This document shows, piece by piece, positions 8,094 to 11,796 of a stretch of 11,796 bases of DNA. A model generated the notes under the pieces. That model saw nothing but the letters and a program-made list of their open reading frames with translations, did not search any database and was not told the DNA's origin. A program made the position numbers and the translations under genes. This stretch comes from Gemmatimonadota bacterium (GTDB lineage: Bacteria > Gemmatimonadota > Gemmatimonadetes > Longimicrobiales > Gaopeijiaceae), in assembly GCA_039589315.1 (NCBI GenBank), contig JBDHHQ010000127.1:1-11796 (forward strand), in the 5' to 3' direction. The stretch's first letter is position 1. Each line of letters opens with the position of its first letter.

Positions 8094-8333
8094 TGACGTC
8101 TCGGCCAGCACGCTGACTCGGCGGCGTCCGACGAAGACAGGATTGAGCTCGGCTGGCCCTCCGGGCCATCCTCGCTCGTCTCGCGGGGCCGCAGCCCGGT
8201 CGGCGCCCCGCGCCGATTCATCACTCTCGCCGCTCGGCTCGAACCCCGCAGCGCTATCGCGCTGCTGAGCAGCGAGCTCGGCCGTCACACAGATTCGAGT
8301 AGCCCGGAGCCTGCGGCCCCGGGCTCCTCGAAT
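8094..8333 (-). repeat. Structured tRNA 3' trailer / tRNA-linked (rtT-like) element
   Basis: Hairpins at 8293-8333, 8248-8265, 8182-8212 and 8154-8168. Minus-strand GGTTCGA at 8245-8239, and AATCCTGTC at 8144-8136, which is identical to the tRNA's 8348-8340. Confidence 0.5.
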
Positions 8334-8406
8334 ACGCCCGACAGGATTCGAACCTGTGACCTTCGCCTCCGGAGGGCGACGCTCTATCCAGCTGAGCTAC
8401 GGGCGC
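8333..8406 (-). tRNA. tRNA-Arg(CCG)
   Basis: GCGCCCGTAGCTCAGCTGGATAGAGCGTCGCCCTCCGGAGGCGAAGGTCACAGGTTCGAATCCTGTCGGGCGTA. Anticodon arm TCGCC-CT-CCG-GA-GGCGA, A20 in the D-loop, T-loop TTCGAAT, G1.U72 pair, no encoded CCA. Confidence 0.97.
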
Positions 8407-8430
8407 GTGCCGGGTCCGAGACCCGGACCA

Positions 8431-8825
<395 letters not shown>

Positions 8826-8834
8826 AGGACGCGA

Positions 8835-8864
8835 AAGGTAAACCCGGAGCGCCTGTGGGGTAAA
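8835..8864 (-). promoter_or_regulatory. Candidate sigma70 promoter for rnpB-tRNA transcript
   Basis: Minus strand TTTACC (8864-8859), 18-nt spacer, TACCTT (8840-8835), then GC-rich TCGCGTCC just before the RNase P P1 5' strand. Confidence 0.45.
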
Positions 8865-8985
8865 GGCTTGTGGCCCTTTGTCACCAGTCCGCGTTGGCCC
8901 CCTAACTCGCAGGCGCGAGCGGGATTCCCTATGCTTGCGTGGCGAAGCCTCGACCTGTCTTCACCCCCTCTGCATCCGACGCGCT

Positions 8986-9519
8986 ATGGACATGTCCCGA
9001 CCGACGTTCCGCGTACCGCTTCTGCTCGCCCTGGTGGCCCTCGCTTCCTGCTCGGCCCAAGCGACCGCCCAATCACCGACGACCGTGGTGTACCTCGTCA
9101 GGCATGCGGAGAAGCTGGACGACAGCGCTGATCCGCCGCTCACCGAGGCGGGTGTGGAGCGCGCTCGACTGCTCGAGCGGATGTTGGCGGACGCCGGGAT
9201 CACGCGGATCCTCAGCAGCGACTACCGCCGAACGCGCGACACCGCGGCTCCGCTGGCGCAACGCCTCGAGCTGGACGTTGAGACCTATGACCCGCGGGCG
9301 CTGGACGACCTGGCGCGGATGATCCGAGCCGAGCCGGGGCGATACCTGGTCTCGGGCCACAGCAATACCACCCCCGCTCTCGTGGAGCGGTTGGGCGGCG
9401 ATCCGGGCGAACCCATCCGAGAAGCGGACGAGTACGACCGCCTCTATGTCCTGTCACTCGGCGTCGGGGAGGCGACCACCGTGCTGCTAAGGTACGGGAC
9501 GCCTCCCGGAGCTCCGTAG
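8986..9519 (+). CDS. Histidine phosphatase superfamily protein (phosphoglycerate mutase-like), probably exported/lipoprotein
   Basis: VYLVRHAEK catalytic motif, LTEAG..RA, SSDYRRTRDTA and LVSGHSNT. Signal peptide LLLALVALAS-C. Start is ATG 8986 or 8992. Confidence 0.88.
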   Translation: MDMSRPTFRVPLLLALVALASCSAQATAQSPTTVVYLVRHAEKLDDSADPPLTEAGVERARLLERMLADAGITRILSSDYRRTRDTAAPLAQRLELDVETYDPRALDDLARMIRAEPGRYLVSGHSNTTPALVERLGGDPGEPIREADEYDRLYVLSLGVGEATTVLLRYGTPPGAP

Positions 9520-9549
9520 CGCGGCGGGAACGGGCAGCGCACACACCCG

Positions 9550-10302
9550 ATGCCGAACCACACCTGGCACGACGTCCGCGGGAACCCGGTCCCGGCGCTG
9601 ACCACGGAGCAGATGCGCGACGTGGACCGGGTCATGGTGGAGGACTTCGGCATCGAGCTGCTGCAGATGATGGAGCACGCCGGCCGGCAGCTGGCCCATC
9701 TCGCCCGTCAACGCTTTCTCCGAGGGGATCCGCGGGGCGCTCGCGTGACGGTACTCGCCGGAACCGGCGGGAACGGAGGTGGAGCGATGGTCGCCGCCCG
9801 ACGGCTCCACGCCTGGGGCGCCCGCGTCCGCGTCGTCACGAAGGCCGAGACGGACGGCTACGCGGGCGTGCCGCGGCATCAGCTCAACGTGCTCGAGCGC
9901 CTCGATGTCCCCACTGCGCCCTGGGGTGAGGGACCACGGCTGCGGGTGCCGGACCTGGTGCTGGACGGGGTGATCGGCTACAGCCTGGGGGGCGCGCCGC
10001 ATGGCCCTGCCGAAGTGATGATCGAATGGATGAACCGTGTGTCCGCGCCGGTGATCTCGCTGGACCTGCCGTCGGGGCTGGACGCCACCACCGGGAAACC
10101 AGCGAGACCCACGGTGCTGGCCGCGGCCACCATGACGCTGGCGCTCCCCAAGACCGGGCTGGGGGAGCCCAGGGCCGCGGATCACGTCGGTGAGCTCTAC
10201 CTGGCCGACATCGGCGTGCCGACCGAGCTCTACGCCCGTCTGTCCCCGAGGATCGAAGTGGGCGCCATCTTCGCCACCGACGACCTCATTCGGCTTCGCT
10301 AG
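9550..10302 (+). CDS. nnrE: NAD(P)H-hydrate epimerase (YjeF_N domain only)
   Basis: QMRDVDR, LQMMEHAG, VLAGTGGNGGGAMVAARRL, LVLDGVIGYSL, SLDLPSGLD, TMTLALPKTGL and LYLADIGVP. Confidence 0.9.
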   Translation: MPNHTWHDVRGNPVPALTTEQMRDVDRVMVEDFGIELLQMMEHAGRQLAHLARQRFLRGDPRGARVTVLAGTGGNGGGAMVAARRLHAWGARVRVVTKAETDGYAGVPRHQLNVLERLDVPTAPWGEGPRLRVPDLVLDGVIGYSLGGAPHGPAEVMIEWMNRVSAPVISLDLPSGLDATTGKPARPTVLAAATMTLALPKTGLGEPRAADHVGELYLADIGVPTELYARLSPRIEVGAIFATDDLIRLR

Positions 10303-10374
10303 CGGTGCCCCGAGCCCCCTCGTTCAGCCGCGGGCGGCCGGCCGGAGGTGGACGCTAGTCAAGGTCCGTTCCCG

Positions 10375-11253
10375 CTAGGAGGCGGGACCCGGAACCAGCA
10401 GGGTGGGCACGGCTGCGTCGCGAATGACCTTGCTCGCCACACTGCCCATGAACACGCGCTCCGCCACGTTGTGACCCCGGCTCCCGATGACCACCAGGTC
10501 GAAGCCGGTAGCGCTGAGATCGGTCACGACCTTGGCGGGCGCACCCAGCTCGACCTGGGCGCTGTCCCCAGTGGTGGGAATCCCGAATCGGTCCAGCTCG
10601 CCGGCGAGCCAGTCCCGCGCCTCCACGAGCACAGCGACCTCCCGCACGTCCACCTCGTCTTCCTCGGCCCGGCTGCCCGGGGGCCGGAAGAGCCGGCGGT
10701 CGAGGCAGTGAAGGGCCGTGACGCTCGCCCCGAACCGCTCCGCGAGGAACCGGGCCCACCCGAATACCCACTCCCGCGACGGAGAGTCGTCCACGGCAAC
10801 GAGGATCCTCGCCGGCCGCCCCTCGGGTGCTCCGGCGTACAGCAGAACCGGCACCGCGCACATGGACAGGACGCGTTCCGCGGTACTGGCGGAAAGGCCC
10901 TGGATGCCGGAGCGCTCCCTATGTGGACCGACCAACACCAGGTCCGCGGCCTCCCGCCGAGTGATCTCGGCGATCTCGGCAGCGGCCCGACCCAACGGCA
11001 CCTCGGTGCGGATCCTGACGTCCGGGAGTGCCTGCCGCACCGCCTCCGCGTCGTCGAGAATCGCCTGCTGCAGCTGATCCGCGATGATCATCTGCGGCGT
11101 GCTCTCACCCAGGAAGTTGGGGGGCACCGGCAGCTCCATCGCGTGAACGAGGATGAATTCGGCATCAGGAGCCAGGTGACGCGCGGCCCACTCCAATCCG
11201 GCATGAGAGGGCTGGCCGAAGTCCACGCCTGCGACGATCGTATCGAGCTTCAT
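10375..11253 (-). CDS. Universal stress protein, tandem USP domains
   Basis: MKLDTIVAGVDF...ADLVLVG...STAERVL...PVL, and RILVAVDDS...DLVVIGSRG..(9)..GSVASKVIRDAAVPTLLVP. ATG 11253 with GGAG RBS. Confidence 0.92.
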   Translation of the reverse strand: MKLDTIVAGVDFGQPSHAGLEWAARHLAPDAEFILVHAMELPVPPNFLGESTPQMIIADQLQQAILDDAEAVRQALPDVRIRTEVPLGRAAAEIAEITRREAADLVLVGPHRERSGIQGLSASTAERVLSMCAVPVLLYAGAPEGRPARILVAVDDSPSREWVFGWARFLAERFGASVTALHCLDRRLFRPPGSRAEEDEVDVREVAVLVEARDWLAGELDRFGIPTTGDSAQVELGAPAKVVTDLSATGFDLVVIGSRGHNVAERVFMGSVASKVIRDAAVPTLLVPGPAS

Positions 11254-11373
11254 CGGGCTCCCGGTGCGTCCTGGGTTGGAGGTGGGTGCGACGCCAAAAG
11301 GACGGTCACTCGCCATCCCGTCAAGGTACCCCTGAGCTCACTGGCCTGGGCACTACCGGGGTACCTCGCCGGT

Positions 11374-11395
11374 TCTGTCAGAGTACTCTGACAGA
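11374..11395. promoter_or_regulatory. Perfect 22-bp palindrome, probable transcription-factor operator
   Basis: TCTGTCAGAGT|ACTCTGACAGA is self-complementary. It sits in the divergent intergenic region, 27 bp before ATG 11423. Confidence 0.65.
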
Positions 11396-11422
11396 GATTT
11401 CACACCCGAGACCAGGTGAACG

Positions 11423-11796
11423 ATGGGCCTGATGAGACGATTCATGAAGACGATGTGGCATGGATCCAAGCTCATCTTCTGCTGGGTCGCGGTGATGATG
11501 ACGCTGAACGCCTTCCTCCCTCTGGCGTTCTGGAGCCATGTCGAGGCGAGGGTGGTGCTCGGCGTCTTCGTCGTGAGCGCCATGGGCATGATGGCCCTCT
11601 TCCACGCGTTCGGATTCACGCGCATCACGGGATTGGGACATACCCTCTGGGTGCTTCTCGTGCCCTGGCTCGTCTCCCGATTGGACGTGTCCGACGGCAT
11701 CACGCTGTTCCAGGGGTGGATGTTGGCCACGATCACGGTCAACGGCATCTCCCTGGCCATCGACGCCTGGGACGTCGTCCGCTACGTGCGGGGAGA
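11423..11796 (+). CDS. Hypothetical multi-pass membrane protein (3' end outside window)
   Basis: Open frame missing from the ORF track because it has no stop: MGLMRRFMKTMWHGSKLIFCWVAVMMTLNAFLPLAFWSHVEARVVLGVFVVSAMGMMALFHAFGFTRITGLGHTLWVLLVPWL...NGISLAIDAWDVVRYVRG. About 4 hydrophobic segments; AGGTG RBS. Confidence 0.8.
   Translation, partial: MGLMRRFMKTMWHGSKLIFCWVAVMMTLNAFLPLAFWSHVEARVVLGVFVVSAMGMMALFHAFGFTRITGLGHTLWVLLVPWLVSRLDVSDGITLFQGWMLATITVNGISLAIDAWDVVRYVRG

Noticed and set aside
8094..8287. Integron attC site or hammerhead ribozyme interpretation
   Set aside because: The ends are GAC/GTC rather than the invariant AAC/GTT, and no integrase is present. TGATGA is present but the CUGAUGA...GAAA hammerhead core is not.
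8034..8288. 84-aa minus-strand ORF (and 7927-8268 +) over the tRNA trailer
   Set aside because: No convincing RBS or protein-like features; the region is better explained as a structured non-coding element.
11353..11760. Minus-strand ORFs 11353-11760 and 11378-11641
   Set aside because: They are antisense to the more convincing + strand membrane protein starting at 11423.

Overview
GC-rich bacterial chromosomal window made mostly of housekeeping and envelope genes; no integrase, transposase, CRISPR array or phage gene is visible. From left to right it contains: the end of an MCE/Mla-type ABC lipid-transport operon (MlaF C-terminus, MlaD/MCE, PqiC-like lipoprotein); a cardiolipin synthase; an unusual lipoprotein with a C-terminal membrane anchor; a membrane class III nucleotide cyclase divergent from a REC-HD-GYP protein; two small hypothetical genes; a minus-strand RNA cluster (RNase P RNA, tRNA-Arg(CCG) 24 nt downstream, then a ~240-nt structured trailer carrying a split copy of the tRNA T-arm/3' end); a histidine phosphatase; a stand-alone NAD(P)HX epimerase; a tandem universal stress protein; and a truncated membrane protein preceded by a perfect 22-bp palindrome. 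The leads most worth following are the rnpB-tRNA-structured repeat unit, the MCE-cls-dual-anchored lipoprotein cluster, and the non-canonical cyclase/degenerate HD-GYP pair. All calls come from reading motifs by eye; no database searches or folding programs were run.
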